DNA of 64,000 nt, from the NCBI GenBank assembly GCA_965243025.1, contig CBDETY010000003.1:1984001-2048000 (forward strand), written 5' to 3'. A model generated the notes under the pieces. That model saw only the letters and a program-made list of their open reading frames with translations. It had not been told where the DNA came from and did not search any database. Position numbers and translations under genes: made by a program. The stretch is from Candidatus Latescibacterota bacterium. Lineage in GTDB: Bacteria > Latescibacterota > UBA2968 > UBA8231. Below, one piece after another: positions 29,433 through 39,247 of this stretch. Numbering within the stretch: the first letter of the stretch is position 1; each line of letters begins with the position of its first letter.

Positions 29433-29571
29433 CCCCAGGGAAAACCACGATCGGCCACAAGGTGCCCCTGCCCATCATCATGTTCCGGTTCTGCCGCCGA
29501 TGCTCCCCTCGGCGGCCCAGTCCCGGCAACCTGTTTCAGGGGTCAGGTCACCAGCGCGAAGGAGGATACCC

Positions 29572-29706
29572 GTGAGCGGCAAAGAGAGATGGATCATGGC
29601 GGCCTTCGTCGCCGTCGGCGCCTTCTACCTGTTCGAGTGGAACGCCCTGTACCTGTACGCGGTGGCGGCCCTGATCTACGCCTTCACCCGCGCCAGGGGA
29701 CGGTAG
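29572..29706 (+). CDS. 44-aa small membrane protein
   Basis: AAGGAGG SD before GTG; high GC3; hydrophobic hairpin with basic C-terminus. Confidence 0.7.
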   Translation: MSGKERWIMAAFVAVGAFYLFEWNALYLYAVAALIYAFTRARGR

Positions 29707-29724
29707 TTTCCGGCGGCGGCGCGG

Positions 29725-30495
29725 TTACTGGTAGGACTCGGCGCGGTCGCCGCCGTTGACGTTGAAGTTCTGGCCGGTGACGTAGCTCGCCCCGTCCGAA
29801 CAGAGGAACAGGACCACCTCGGCGACCTCTCCGGCGCTGCCTGCCCGGCCCATCGGGATCGAGCGCAGGAACTGCTCCCTGACCTCGGGGTCCCGCCTCG
29901 CCAGGGCTCCCCGCCCCATGCCGGCGTCGATCATGCCGGGCGAGATCGAGTTGATGCGGATGCCGTTGAGCGCCTCCTCCTTGGACAGCACCTTCGTCAG
30001 GGCGACGAGCCCGGCCTTCGAGGTGCCGTAGGCGGCGCTCCCCCCGGGCAGGGTGTTGACGACGTTGGAGGAGATGTTGACGATGCAGCCCCCGCCCCCG
30101 GTCCGCATCTCCAGGATTCCGGCGCGGCACATGTAGAAGGCGCTGTGGAGGTTGGCATCGACAGCCCGATGCCACTGATCGAGCGAGATGTCGACCGCTT
30201 TGCCGCCGCCGACGGCGACCCCGGCGTTGTTGACGAGGATCTGCATCCCCCCCATGGCCGCGGCCACCTCCTGAACGAGACGGTTGCAGGCGTCCGGATC
30301 GACCAGGTCGGCCTGAAACAGCCGCGCCTCGCTTCCGGCCGCGGTCAGGCTCCCGGCGAGCTGTCGCGCCGGCTCCTCCCCGGTGTTGTAATGGACCGCT
30401 ATCCCGGCTCCGGCGCGGGCGAGCACGCGGCAGATCGCGCTGCCGATGCCGCCCGACGCCCCGGTGACCAGGGCGGTTTTTCCGTCGAGTCCCAT
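29725..30495 (-). CDS. SDR-family oxidoreductase (FabG-like)
   Basis: TGASGGIG, NNAG, YGTSK, NVNGG. Confidence 0.93.
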   Translation of the reverse strand: MGLDGKTALVTGASGGIGSAICRVLARAGAGIAVHYNTGEEPARQLAGSLTAAGSEARLFQADLVDPDACNRLVQEVAAAMGGMQILVNNAGVAVGGGKAVDISLDQWHRAVDANLHSAFYMCRAGILEMRTGGGGCIVNISSNVVNTLPGGSAAYGTSKAGLVALTKVLSKEEALNGIRINSISPGMIDAGMGRGALARRDPEVREQFLRSIPMGRAGSAGEVAEVVLFLCSDGASYVTGQNFNVNGGDRAESYQ

Positions 30496-30589
30496 ACAGT
30501 TGCCTTCCTGTGCGGTTGTTCGTGTCTTGTGGTGAACTTCCGCAGGGGAGGACGCCGAATCAAACTTCCCCCTCACGGGAAGCGACCGC

Positions 30590-31786
30590 ATGAAAACCGC
30601 CGCCCTTCTCCTGGTCCGGGGCGCCATCGCCGCGCTCGGAATCCTGCTGCTGGTCCTGCTGATCCCGGCCGCCCGCGACGCCTGTTGGGGACTGCTCTTC
30701 CTCGGCGACTTCGTCGCCGGAGAGCGGACCACCCTGTTCGACCGCCTCACCCCCGAACCCAGGATCAGCAGCAGCGAACTTGCCGCCGGCGAAGGCCGGC
30801 GCGTCCCCTTCGACTTCTACAGCCCGCGGCCGGTTGCCGACCTGGTCGCCGACGGGGAGCGTCTGCCGGCGTTCCTGGTGACCACCGGCCTCGCCCACGA
30901 GGGCTACCGCGACGCCCGGGTGGTCGCCATGGCCAGGCGGCTCGCCCGCGCCGGGTTCGCGGTGATGGCCCCCGACCTGCTGCAGATGAAGAACTACCGG
31001 CTCGGGTTCGAGGACATCGATGCGGTCGCGGCCAGCCTCGAGTTCCTGCTCGAATCCGCCCTCGTCGACGGCGAACGGGTCGGCGTGATCGCCCCGAGCT
31101 TCAGCGCCGGTCCGGTGCTGATGGCCCTGGGACGGCCGAACCTGCGCGGCAAGGTCCGCTTCGGCCTGATCTTCGGGAGCTACTACGACATGCGCCGCAC
31201 CCTGCGCTTCGCCCTGACCGGCTCCTACGACGCCCCCGGACTTCCCGCGGTGCGCGCCGCCCCGCGCAGCAAGCGCAACCGCTGGCGGCTCCTGCGCGGC
31301 AACCTCGACCTCGTGCCCGGCTCCCCGAACCGCGCCGACTTCGCCGCCTTCGTGGCCGCCCGCGCGCGCACCCCCTCCCACGACGACCCGGAACTGCGCG
31401 CCGGCTTCTCGGCGGAGGAACGCCTGATGCTGGAGTTCACCGCCAACACCGACCCGGCCCGCTTCGACTCGCTGTTCCCGCGCTTGCCGGAAGCCTTCCG
31501 AAGCTGGATCGACACCTTCTCCCTGCACCATCACACCGCAGGGGTAAGGACGCAGCTTCTGATCGCCCACAGCAGCGCCGACAAGGTCATCCCCTACCCG
31601 GAAAGCCTGGCGCTGGCCGCCGACCTGCCGAACGCGCCCCCGCCCGACGTATCGATCCTCGATCTCTTCACCCACGTCGACCTGGAGATCGACCGGACCT
31701 CGCTGCAGGCCCTCGCCGCCGACGTCATCCCGGGTCTGTTCGAGATCTGGGGGATCGGGACCGCACTCATGCGCCAGCGCAGGTAG
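30590..31786 (+). CDS. Membrane-anchored alpha/beta-hydrolase-like protein
   Basis: N-terminal TM; LARAGFAVMAPD, elbow VIAPSFSAG, HSSADKVIP, FTHVD. Confidence 0.7.
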   Translation: MKTAALLLVRGAIAALGILLLVLLIPAARDACWGLLFLGDFVAGERTTLFDRLTPEPRISSSELAAGEGRRVPFDFYSPRPVADLVADGERLPAFLVTTGLAHEGYRDARVVAMARRLARAGFAVMAPDLLQMKNYRLGFEDIDAVAASLEFLLESALVDGERVGVIAPSFSAGPVLMALGRPNLRGKVRFGLIFGSYYDMRRTLRFALTGSYDAPGLPAVRAAPRSKRNRWRLLRGNLDLVPGSPNRADFAAFVAARARTPSHDDPELRAGFSAEERLMLEFTANTDPARFDSLFPRLPEAFRSWIDTFSLHHHTAGVRTQLLIAHSSADKVIPYPESLALAADLPNAPPPDVSILDLFTHVDLEIDRTSLQALAADVIPGLFEIWGIGTALMRQRR

Positions 31787-31796
31787 GAGGTTGTAT

Positions 31797-32978
31797 ATGA
31801 CTATGCCACAAACGGATACGCCCAGGTGGCCCACCCGTTTCCGGACCGGACCCGCCCTGCTCTGCGGGCTCTTCTTCGCCGCCGTCGCGCTGCTGCTGCG
31901 GCCGGCCCCGGGCGAGGCCTCGGGCGCCCACGAAACCAGCGGCTGGCGGCCGACCGCGGTGCCGCTGTGGAACTACAGCACCGACGACGGGACCGGGTAC
32001 GGGCTGCGCGCCAATCTCTACGAGTACGACGGCAGCACCGTCCCCTACCGCCGCAAGTACTCGGCGCAGCTGTTCTTCACCACCGGCGGCAAGTGGGTGC
32101 ACCGGCTGCTGATGGACACGCCGCGGTTCCGCGGCGGAGCCGACCGCCTCGAGCTGGAGTTCGTGTTCGAGAAGGAGGAGTTCGCCAACTACTACGGCGG
32201 CCTGTCGAGGGAGGAGACCCGCGGCCTCGGCCGCGACCACACCACCTTCTCGCAGGCCTTCCCCGAGCTCAAGCTCCGGTGGATCCGGAGACTGGGACTT
32301 TCGCGCGATTCCACCCCGTGGAGGCTGCGGCTCGGCAGCCGCCTGAGCTACTACCGGATCACCCCGAACGCCGGCGCCGGAAACATCCTGGTCGAGCAGG
32401 ACCCGCTCGGGGCCGACGGCGGCCCCCTCGCCCAGGTCGACGCCTCGCTGCGCTACGACACCCGGGACAACTACAACGACAGCTCCGCCGGCCTGCTCGA
32501 GGAGCTCCTCGTCGAGTACACCTTCGGCGCCGGCGGGGACTACAACGGAATCAGGGCCCGCCTCGAGCACCGGCACTTCGCCTCCCCGGTCTCCGGCATC
32601 GTCGCCGCGCACCGGCTCGCCCTCGACTGGACCGGCGGGGACCTGCCGTTCTTCGAGGAGCTCGAGCTGGGGGGCAGCAACACCGTCCGCGGCCTTCCCA
32701 AGGCCCGCGACCGCGGCAGCGCGCGGGTGCTCCTCAACGGTGAGCTGCGCTGGCGCGGCCTGCGCCTCTCATCGGGGGAGAACATCCATCTCGGGGCGCT
32801 GCTGTTCGCCGACGCCGGCCAGATCTTCGACCGCGGCGAGCTGCCGGCCGGCGACCAGTGGCGCCGCGGGGCCGGCCTGGGGCTGCGCTTCCACTGGCAC
32901 AGCACCATCGTCCGCGCCGACTACGGCTCCTCGGCGGGGGGCACCGGCATCTACATAACCTTCTCGCAGGTCTTCTGA
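31797..32978 (+). CDS. BamA/TamA (Omp85) family beta-barrel lacking obvious POTRA domains
   Basis: Signal peptide, YSTDDGTGYG, YDTRDN, LGGSNTVRG, GLGLR, RADYG, terminal F. Confidence 0.85.
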   Translation: MTMPQTDTPRWPTRFRTGPALLCGLFFAAVALLLRPAPGEASGAHETSGWRPTAVPLWNYSTDDGTGYGLRANLYEYDGSTVPYRRKYSAQLFFTTGGKWVHRLLMDTPRFRGGADRLELEFVFEKEEFANYYGGLSREETRGLGRDHTTFSQAFPELKLRWIRRLGLSRDSTPWRLRLGSRLSYYRITPNAGAGNILVEQDPLGADGGPLAQVDASLRYDTRDNYNDSSAGLLEELLVEYTFGAGGDYNGIRARLEHRHFASPVSGIVAAHRLALDWTGGDLPFFEELELGGSNTVRGLPKARDRGSARVLLNGELRWRGLRLSSGENIHLGALLFADAGQIFDRGELPAGDQWRRGAGLGLRFHWHSTIVRADYGSSAGGTGIYITFSQVF

Positions 32979-32980
32979 TC

Positions 32981-34294
32981 ATGACCGCATCCGCAGCTGC
33001 CGACCGCGACTACCGCAGGACGGTCAACGCCTGGTGCCTCTACGACTGGGGCAACTCCGCCTTCGCCACCACCATCATGGCCGGAGTCTTCCCCCTCTTC
33101 TACCGGTCGATGGCGACCAGCGCCGGCCTCGGCGAGGCGGACGCCACCGCGGCCTGGGCGTACACCACCTCGATCGCCCTGCTCATAGTCGCCGTCATCG
33201 GGCCTCCCCTCGGATCGCTCTGCGACCAGACCGCGAGCAAGAAGCGGTTCCTCGCCTTCTTCGCCGCCCTCGGGGTCTGCGCCTCGGCCCTGTTCGTCCT
33301 CCTCGGCGACGACAGCTACCTGACCGGGTCGGTCCTCTTCATCGCCGGCAACATCGGGTTCGCCGCGGGCAACATCTTCTACGAGTCGCTGCTGCCGCAC
33401 GTGGCCCGCCCCGGCGACGTCGACCGCGTCTCGACGCGCGGGTACGCCATGGGGTACATCGGCGGCGGCATCCTGCTGATCTTCAACCTGCTCTGGGTCA
33501 TGCACCCCGGCTGGTTCCTGCTGCCCGGCACCGGGTTCGCGCTGCGCCTGACCTTCTTCAGCGTCGCCTTGTGGTGGGCGGCCTTCACCGTTCCCCTGCT
33601 GCGCCGCGTCGGGGAACCCCCGGCGGCGCATGCCACCCCCGAGGGCGGGCCGTTAATGGTGGCGGCCGCCGCTTTCGGGCGCCTCGCGAGCACCTTCCGC
33701 CAAATCCGCCGCTACCGCCAGCTGCTGCTGTTTCTCGCCGCCTTCTGGCTCTACAACGACGGCATCGGCACGATCATCAAGATGGCGATCGCCTACGGGG
33801 ACGAGGTCGGCATCGGCCGCAACGACCTGATAACGGCGCTGGTCCTGACCCAGTTCGTCGGCATCCCCTGCACCTTCCTGTTCGGCAGGCTGGCGCCGGT
33901 CCTGGGGGCCAAGCGCTCGATCCTCGCCGGCCTGGGGGTGTACGGGCTGATCTCGGTGGCGGGTTACTTCATGCAGACCGCCCTCCACTTCTACATCCTG
34001 GCGGGGCTGGTCGGCATGGTGCAGGGGGGCACGCAGGCGCTGAGCCGCTCGCTCTACGCCTCGATGATTCCGCGGGAGAGGTCGGCGGAGTTCTTCGGCT
34101 TCTACAGCACCAGCTCCCGTTTCGCCGGCATCTTCGGGCCGCTGGTTTTCGGGGTGGTGAGCCAGTTGACCGGCGGCAGCCGCCTCGGCATCGTCTCGCT
34201 CATCTTCTTCTTCGTCGCCGGCGGAGCGTTACTGCTTTTCGTCGACGAGCGGGAAGGGGCGCGCGCCGCCAGGCAGGAGGAAGGGCCGGCCTGA
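32981..34294 (+). CDS. MFS transporter (ATG22/UMF1 type)
   Basis: AWCLYDWGNSAF, FYESLLP, GYIGG, QALSRS, AEFFGFY. Confidence 0.9.
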   Translation: MTASAAADRDYRRTVNAWCLYDWGNSAFATTIMAGVFPLFYRSMATSAGLGEADATAAWAYTTSIALLIVAVIGPPLGSLCDQTASKKRFLAFFAALGVCASALFVLLGDDSYLTGSVLFIAGNIGFAAGNIFYESLLPHVARPGDVDRVSTRGYAMGYIGGGILLIFNLLWVMHPGWFLLPGTGFALRLTFFSVALWWAAFTVPLLRRVGEPPAAHATPEGGPLMVAAAAFGRLASTFRQIRRYRQLLLFLAAFWLYNDGIGTIIKMAIAYGDEVGIGRNDLITALVLTQFVGIPCTFLFGRLAPVLGAKRSILAGLGVYGLISVAGYFMQTALHFYILAGLVGMVQGGTQALSRSLYASMIPRERSAEFFGFYSTSSRFAGIFGPLVFGVVSQLTGGSRLGIVSLIFFFVAGGALLLFVDEREGARAARQEEGPA

Positions 34295-34460
34295 GAATAG
34301 GAGCGGGGCCCCTCGCGGAGTGGACCTGCCGCTTTGGAGCCGCACACCTGGAGTCGTTCGCCGCGGGTCCGGGGCCGCGGCCGAGCCAGCCGGCCGCCTC
34401 GGACCGGTCCGTTCCCCGACCAGTTTGCCCCACACCGGACATCCGAAAGAAGGATCCCTC

Positions 34461-36062
34461 ATGCGCGAGGTCGGCAGCGACAAGCAACTGTTCATCGACC
34501 ACCGCTTCATCGAGTCGTCCCGGCACGTGAAGCTCACCGTCAACCCCCCCGTCAAGCGCGAGGGCGCGGTGCTGCGCGGCGACCGCCCGTGGGACGAGTT
34601 CGGGCTGGGTTGGTACAGCATCGTCGACGACGGCGGCACCTACCGGATGTGGTACTACGGGGCGGACCGGGATCCGCGTCCGACGATCATCGCAGGAGAA
34701 AAGGGGCCGCTCGGCCACCTGACCGGGTACGCCGCTCCGGCCGGCACCCCGCGCCAGAGCCTCCCCGAGCAGGGCCGCTACCGCCTGTGCCACGCCGTTT
34801 CCCGCGACGGCCTGGAGTGGGAGAAGCCGGAGCTCGGCCTCGTCGAGTTCGACGGGTCGAAGCGCAACAACATCGTGCACGAGGAGTTCAGGCTCGCCTA
34901 CGTCTTCCTCGATCCGCACGGCCCGGAGGAGGAGCGCTTCAAGCTCATCCACTGGACCGGGCCGGGGATCGCGGTCGCCACCTCCGCCGACGGCCTGCAC
35001 TGGGACCGGCCGTCGCACCGGGTGAGCGCGCTCGCCGCCGACACCCAGAAGATGGCGTGGTGGGAGCCGCGCCTGAACCGCTACGTCGTCTACCTGCGGG
35101 TGATCGTCGAGGAGGAGAACCGGCCGATGTTCCCGTTCGTCGACCCGGTCGAAAGCGATCCCCCGGTGGTGGCGCCGAAGCTGCTGCGGCCGCGGCGCGC
35201 CGTCGGCCGGATCGAGGTCGACGACCTGCTCGCCCCGTGGCCGGAAGCAGAGATCAGGACGGTCCTGGCCGCCGACGAGCACGACCCCCCTGACTCCGAC
35301 ATCTACACGCACGGGCTGTACCGCTACCCGTACGCCGCCGACGCCTTCTTCATGTTCCCGATGACCTACCAGCACTACCGGGAGGGGGAGACGACGGTCG
35401 CCAACGACGGCCTCAACGACAGCCAGTTCTGCGCCAGCCGGGACGGCGTCCACTGGATGCGCTACGACCGGCGCCCGTACCTCGCGCGCGGCACCGCCGG
35501 CGAGCCGGACTGCGGGGGCACGCACACCAGCGAGTTCCACTTCCGCGACGGCGACCACCTGTACCAGTACTACGGGGCCGGGCCCTGGACGCACGGGGGG
35601 TTCCGGGCCCTGACGCTCGAGCAGCGCCAGGACCGGGCCAACTGGGGCCGCGGGTTCATCAACGTCGCCCGGCAGCGGCTGGACGGGTTCGTGTCGGCCG
35701 ACGCCGACTACACGGGAGGCTGGCTGACCACGCCGCCGGTCCTCTTCAGCGGCCGGGAGCTGACCCTGAACATCGACGTCGCGGCCATGGGAGAGGCGCG
35801 CGTCGAGATCCAGGGTGAGGACGGCCGCCCGGTGTCCGGGTTTTCCTCAGGCGAGTGCGACCGGGTGATGGTCAACGACGTCGCCCATGTCGTGAGGTGG
35901 AACGGGAATGCCGACGTCGGCAGCCTCGCGGGCGGGCCGGTGCGCCTGAGGTTCGACATGCGCTCCGCCCGGCTGTTCGCCTTCCAGTTCGTACAGGTCC
36001 CATCGATATCCTGCAACTCTTCCGCCGGTCCCGGCTCGCCGCGGCCGATTTTTGCTGCCTGA
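34461..36062 (+). CDS. Hypothetical five-bladed beta-propeller glycoside hydrolase-like protein
   Basis: KQLFID, YRMWY, Asp-boxes SRDGLEW/SADGLHW/SRDGVHW, RLDGFVS, LRFDM..ARLFAFQF. Confidence 0.72.
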   Translation: MREVGSDKQLFIDHRFIESSRHVKLTVNPPVKREGAVLRGDRPWDEFGLGWYSIVDDGGTYRMWYYGADRDPRPTIIAGEKGPLGHLTGYAAPAGTPRQSLPEQGRYRLCHAVSRDGLEWEKPELGLVEFDGSKRNNIVHEEFRLAYVFLDPHGPEEERFKLIHWTGPGIAVATSADGLHWDRPSHRVSALAADTQKMAWWEPRLNRYVVYLRVIVEEENRPMFPFVDPVESDPPVVAPKLLRPRRAVGRIEVDDLLAPWPEAEIRTVLAADEHDPPDSDIYTHGLYRYPYAADAFFMFPMTYQHYREGETTVANDGLNDSQFCASRDGVHWMRYDRRPYLARGTAGEPDCGGTHTSEFHFRDGDHLYQYYGAGPWTHGGFRALTLEQRQDRANWGRGFINVARQRLDGFVSADADYTGGWLTTPPVLFSGRELTLNIDVAAMGEARVEIQGEDGRPVSGFSSGECDRVMVNDVAHVVRWNGNADVGSLAGGPVRLRFDMRSARLFAFQFVQVPSISCNSSAGPGSPRPIFAA

Positions 36063-36209
36063 TTCCGGGACAGGAAACCGGCCGCCCGTTGGAATTCCCA
36101 TCCGGGCTGCGGCCCCGGTCAGGCCGCAAGCTGACCAGAGCCCGGCAACCCCGGCTCGTCCGTGGTGCTCGCGTGGTCCGGACGACCCCGGAAAGGATCC
36201 CCCAGCCGG

Positions 36210-37076
36210 TTACTCAACCGGCAGATACCCCTCCAACAGGCCGACCTGGTACAGGAAGAACTCCTCACTCCACAGCTGCAACCCCTCCTGCTCGCTCGTA
36301 GGCAGGAAACGCTGCAGATCGCTGCGGGCGACTCCCCAGTCGATGGTGCGGATCTTCTCCCGCAGGGCACCCAGAAACCAGGCCGCCGTAACCTCGAGCC
36401 TTTCATCCTTCCAGGGACCCTGCTGTCGGAGGGCGTTGCTCAGGAGTTGAAAGTCGGGCTCGATGCGGCGGCCGGTGTACCATGTCAGGTCATACCAGTC
36501 CCGGCCCTTGGTATAGGTGCGGCACAAGAGCGCATGCCCCTTGGTTGCGAATCCCGAAGACAGCGACTGAACCGTGAGCGGGGCCAGCCGCGGGAAGTAG
36601 AGATAACCCGTTTCAAAACCGGAACCTTCCGGGGGATTGGTATCGATTTCGAGCTTTACCCGGATCTTCCTCCGGGTGTGCCGCCCGTAGGGAAGCCCCA
36701 GCGTCAGCACCTTGCCGACCGAATCCGTTTTGAGGAAAGCCTTGCGAACCGCCGAGGCTGCTGCGGATCTGTCCTGGATCTCGAATTCGATTCCTTCCTC
36801 GGCGCAGTCCCGCTGCACCCTTTCCAGGTACGGCTGCCAGACGAAACGCGGGTCGGGCTTCTTCAACAGGAAATCGAGGTCTTGTGAAAAGCGGTTGATC
36901 GCATGGACGATGCGCAGGCAGGTTCCGCCGTGGAAAATCGCTTCGGCGAAAAGTCCTGCGCGGGACAGGCTGGCCAGGATGTACTGCTGAACGATCTCCT
37001 GCAGCACGTTCTCCTGTTCCACCGCATCGCCTGGAGCCATTTCGCGAAGCCTGGCCGCGACGGACTCAGGAAACAT
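36210..37076 (-). CDS. AbiEii nucleotidyltransferase toxin (type IV TA)
   Basis: FHGGTCLRI...RFSQDLDF, KLEIDTNPP, KGRDWYD. Confidence 0.9.
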   Translation of the reverse strand: MFPESVAARLREMAPGDAVEQENVLQEIVQQYILASLSRAGLFAEAIFHGGTCLRIVHAINRFSQDLDFLLKKPDPRFVWQPYLERVQRDCAEEGIEFEIQDRSAAASAVRKAFLKTDSVGKVLTLGLPYGRHTRRKIRVKLEIDTNPPEGSGFETGYLYFPRLAPLTVQSLSSGFATKGHALLCRTYTKGRDWYDLTWYTGRRIEPDFQLLSNALRQQGPWKDERLEVTAAWFLGALREKIRTIDWGVARSDLQRFLPTSEQEGLQLWSEEFFLYQVGLLEGYLPVE

Positions 37077-37725
37077 GGCTCACTGCCTTTTCGAGTCCCT
37101 CGAGGTATGCCCTCGTCCGGCGACTGCGCACGGCGTCGCAGATTTCCTCGAGACGGGCAAAGGAGATCCTGGCGAGATCCTCTTCCTCGATCCGCAGGGA
37201 CTCGGTGCAGAAGTCCGGACCATCCCGCTTCCAATCGATCTCCCTGCGCAGGTACACGGCATCGGCAAGGGCGCGCAGGGGGGAGGCGATGAACGCCCAC
37301 TCCCCGCTTTGCAGCCGGGTCGCCTCGACTCCGGCGCGCGGGTTTGGGGACGGGACCCGGTCGAAGGAGAAGACGCCGACGGGCGTGGAAAAAGACCGGC
37401 TCCGGGAGACGGTAACGCTGCTGACCTGGTAGAGGGCTTCGGGAATCAGGCCGTGGTGCCAGAGGGCGGTTTCAAGGCTGATATGCGACGGGCCATGCAA
37501 CACGGCGGCAAGCGCGAAGGGGTGGAGGTCGGACTTGCGGAACACCTTGTCCAGAAGGAACAACCCCCTTTTGAGCCGCAGGATTTCTCCGGCGCCGGCC
37601 GCCCGGTGAATCAGCTGCTTCCTGGCCCCCTCGGACGCATCCGGGAAGAGATTGCTCACGACGGTTCGGTCGAAGAAACCTCCCGGCGGGGACAGTCGGA
37701 TGAGTTGCTCCGTCAATTTCTGCAT
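37066..37725 (-). CDS. AbiEi-like antitoxin
   Basis: GEILRLKRGLF, PSHISLETALWHHGLIPE, IASPLRALAD; overlaps the toxin start. Confidence 0.88.
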   Translation of the reverse strand: MQKLTEQLIRLSPPGGFFDRTVVSNLFPDASEGARKQLIHRAAGAGEILRLKRGLFLLDKVFRKSDLHPFALAAVLHGPSHISLETALWHHGLIPEALYQVSSVTVSRSRSFSTPVGVFSFDRVPSPNPRAGVEATRLQSGEWAFIASPLRALADAVYLRREIDWKRDGPDFCTESLRIEEEDLARISFARLEEICDAVRSRRTRAYLEGLEKAVSHVS

Positions 37726-37727
37726 TA

Positions 37728-37763
37728 TGCAGCTAAGTTACTGGTTTCGTAACTTAGATGCAA
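37728..37763 (-). promoter_or_regulatory. Palindromic operator overlapping the abiE promoter
   Basis: TGCAGCTAAGTTAC-N7-GTAACTTAGATGCA (13/14 inverted match); minus strand TTGCAT-N17-TAACTT. Confidence 0.72.
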
Positions 37764-37891
37764 AATTGTGACACCCCCGATTCGCTGAATCTGATGGTCC
37801 TGTTCCTGGGTTCGGACTAAGAGTTGGGTTCGTCCTCTGGAGGTCCTGTCCGGTTTCCAGCACCCCTGACCTCCGGCCTGAAAACCGCTCC

Positions 37892-39247
37892 TCAGGAGAC
37901 CGCTTCCAGGGCTTTCACCAGGGCCTCTTCCGTCAGGTCGACCAGCTCGTCGATCTGGTCGCGGCCGCAGGTCAAGGCCGGACCGACGGCGAACCAGGTG
38001 GGGTCGACCCGCAGGATGACGCCGCTTTCGAGCGCCGTTCTCTTCAGCGCCCGTCCCAGCTCGGGAAACGGCTCCATTCCCGCGGTGTCCCTGACCAGCT
38101 CGACCCCGCGGAACAGGCCGCGGCCCCGCACCTCCCGCACCACCCCGTACTTCCCCAACCCCTCCAACCTCGCGGCGAGGTAGTCGCCGACCTCGCGAGC
38201 GTTGCGGTCCCAGCCCCGGGCGGCGATCTCGTCGATTACGGCGATCCCTGCGGCGCATCCCAGCGGGTGCCCGGCGTAGGTGTGGCCGTGGGCGAAGTTG
38301 GTCCCCTCCCCCGAGGCGAAGGCATCTCTCATCCCCTCGCGGGCCATCATCGCCCCGAGCGGGATCGTCCCCCCGGACAGCCCCTTGCCGCCGCAGATGA
38401 TGTCCGGGGTCACCCCGAAGGTCTGGGCCGCGAACATCGAGCCGGTGCGCCCGAAGCCGGTGATGATCTCGTCGAAGATCAGCAGCACCTCGTGGCGGTC
38501 GCAGATGTCGCGGACGATGCGGAAGTACTCCTCGGTCGGGGTGATGATGCCGCCGGTGTTGGTGATCGGCTCCATTATGATGCCCGCCACCGTGGCCGGG
38601 TCCTCGGCGATTATGACGTCCTCGAACAGGCGGGCGCTGAAGCGGTTGCACTCCTCCCAGTCGCAGAAGCGGTCGCGGAAGTGGGTCGGCGGGAAGACCT
38701 TGAGGAAACCGGCCGGCTCGGGGTCGAAGGGGGTCTTGCGCGGCCCGGTGCCGCTGGCGGCCATCGCCCCGGTGGTGCCGCCGTGGTAGCCCTGGTAGCG
38801 GCTGATGAACTTGTACTTCCCGGGGCGACCCGACTGCTTGAAGTACTGCCGCGAGAACTTGATCGCCGCCTCGACCGACTCGGAGCCGCCGCTGAACGAC
38901 TTGACGAAGTTGAGGTCGCCGGGGGTGACGCTGCCGACTTTCTCGACGAAGTCGAGGGTTACGTCCGAGGTGCCGTGCATCGGCGGTGCGAAGCAGAGGC
39001 GGTCCATCTGCCTGCGGATCGCATCGTGGACCGCGGGATGGCCGTGCCCGAGCAGCACCGAGTAGACGCCGCTGATGCCGTCGAAGTAGCGCCTGCCCTC
39101 GACGTCCCAGTAGTAGCAGCCCTCGGCGCGCTCGACGATCAGCGGGTTCTTCAGGAATTCGGCAGTCGCCTGGTAGTCGAGGAAGGTGTTGGCCAGCAGC
39201 CTCCGGTGGCGCTCGCTGACCCTCTTCATTTCCATCGTCTCAGCCAT
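37892..39247 (-). CDS. Class III PLP aminotransferase
   Basis: GSESVEAA, YHGGT, FDEIITGFGRTG, PDI..GKGL. Confidence 0.92.
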   Translation of the reverse strand: MAETMEMKRVSERHRRLLANTFLDYQATAEFLKNPLIVERAEGCYYWDVEGRRYFDGISGVYSVLLGHGHPAVHDAIRRQMDRLCFAPPMHGTSDVTLDFVEKVGSVTPGDLNFVKSFSGGSESVEAAIKFSRQYFKQSGRPGKYKFISRYQGYHGGTTGAMAASGTGPRKTPFDPEPAGFLKVFPPTHFRDRFCDWEECNRFSARLFEDVIIAEDPATVAGIIMEPITNTGGIITPTEEYFRIVRDICDRHEVLLIFDEIITGFGRTGSMFAAQTFGVTPDIICGGKGLSGGTIPLGAMMAREGMRDAFASGEGTNFAHGHTYAGHPLGCAAGIAVIDEIAARGWDRNAREVGDYLAARLEGLGKYGVVREVRGRGLFRGVELVRDTAGMEPFPELGRALKRTALESGVILRVDPTWFAVGPALTCGRDQIDELVDLTEEALVKALEAVS

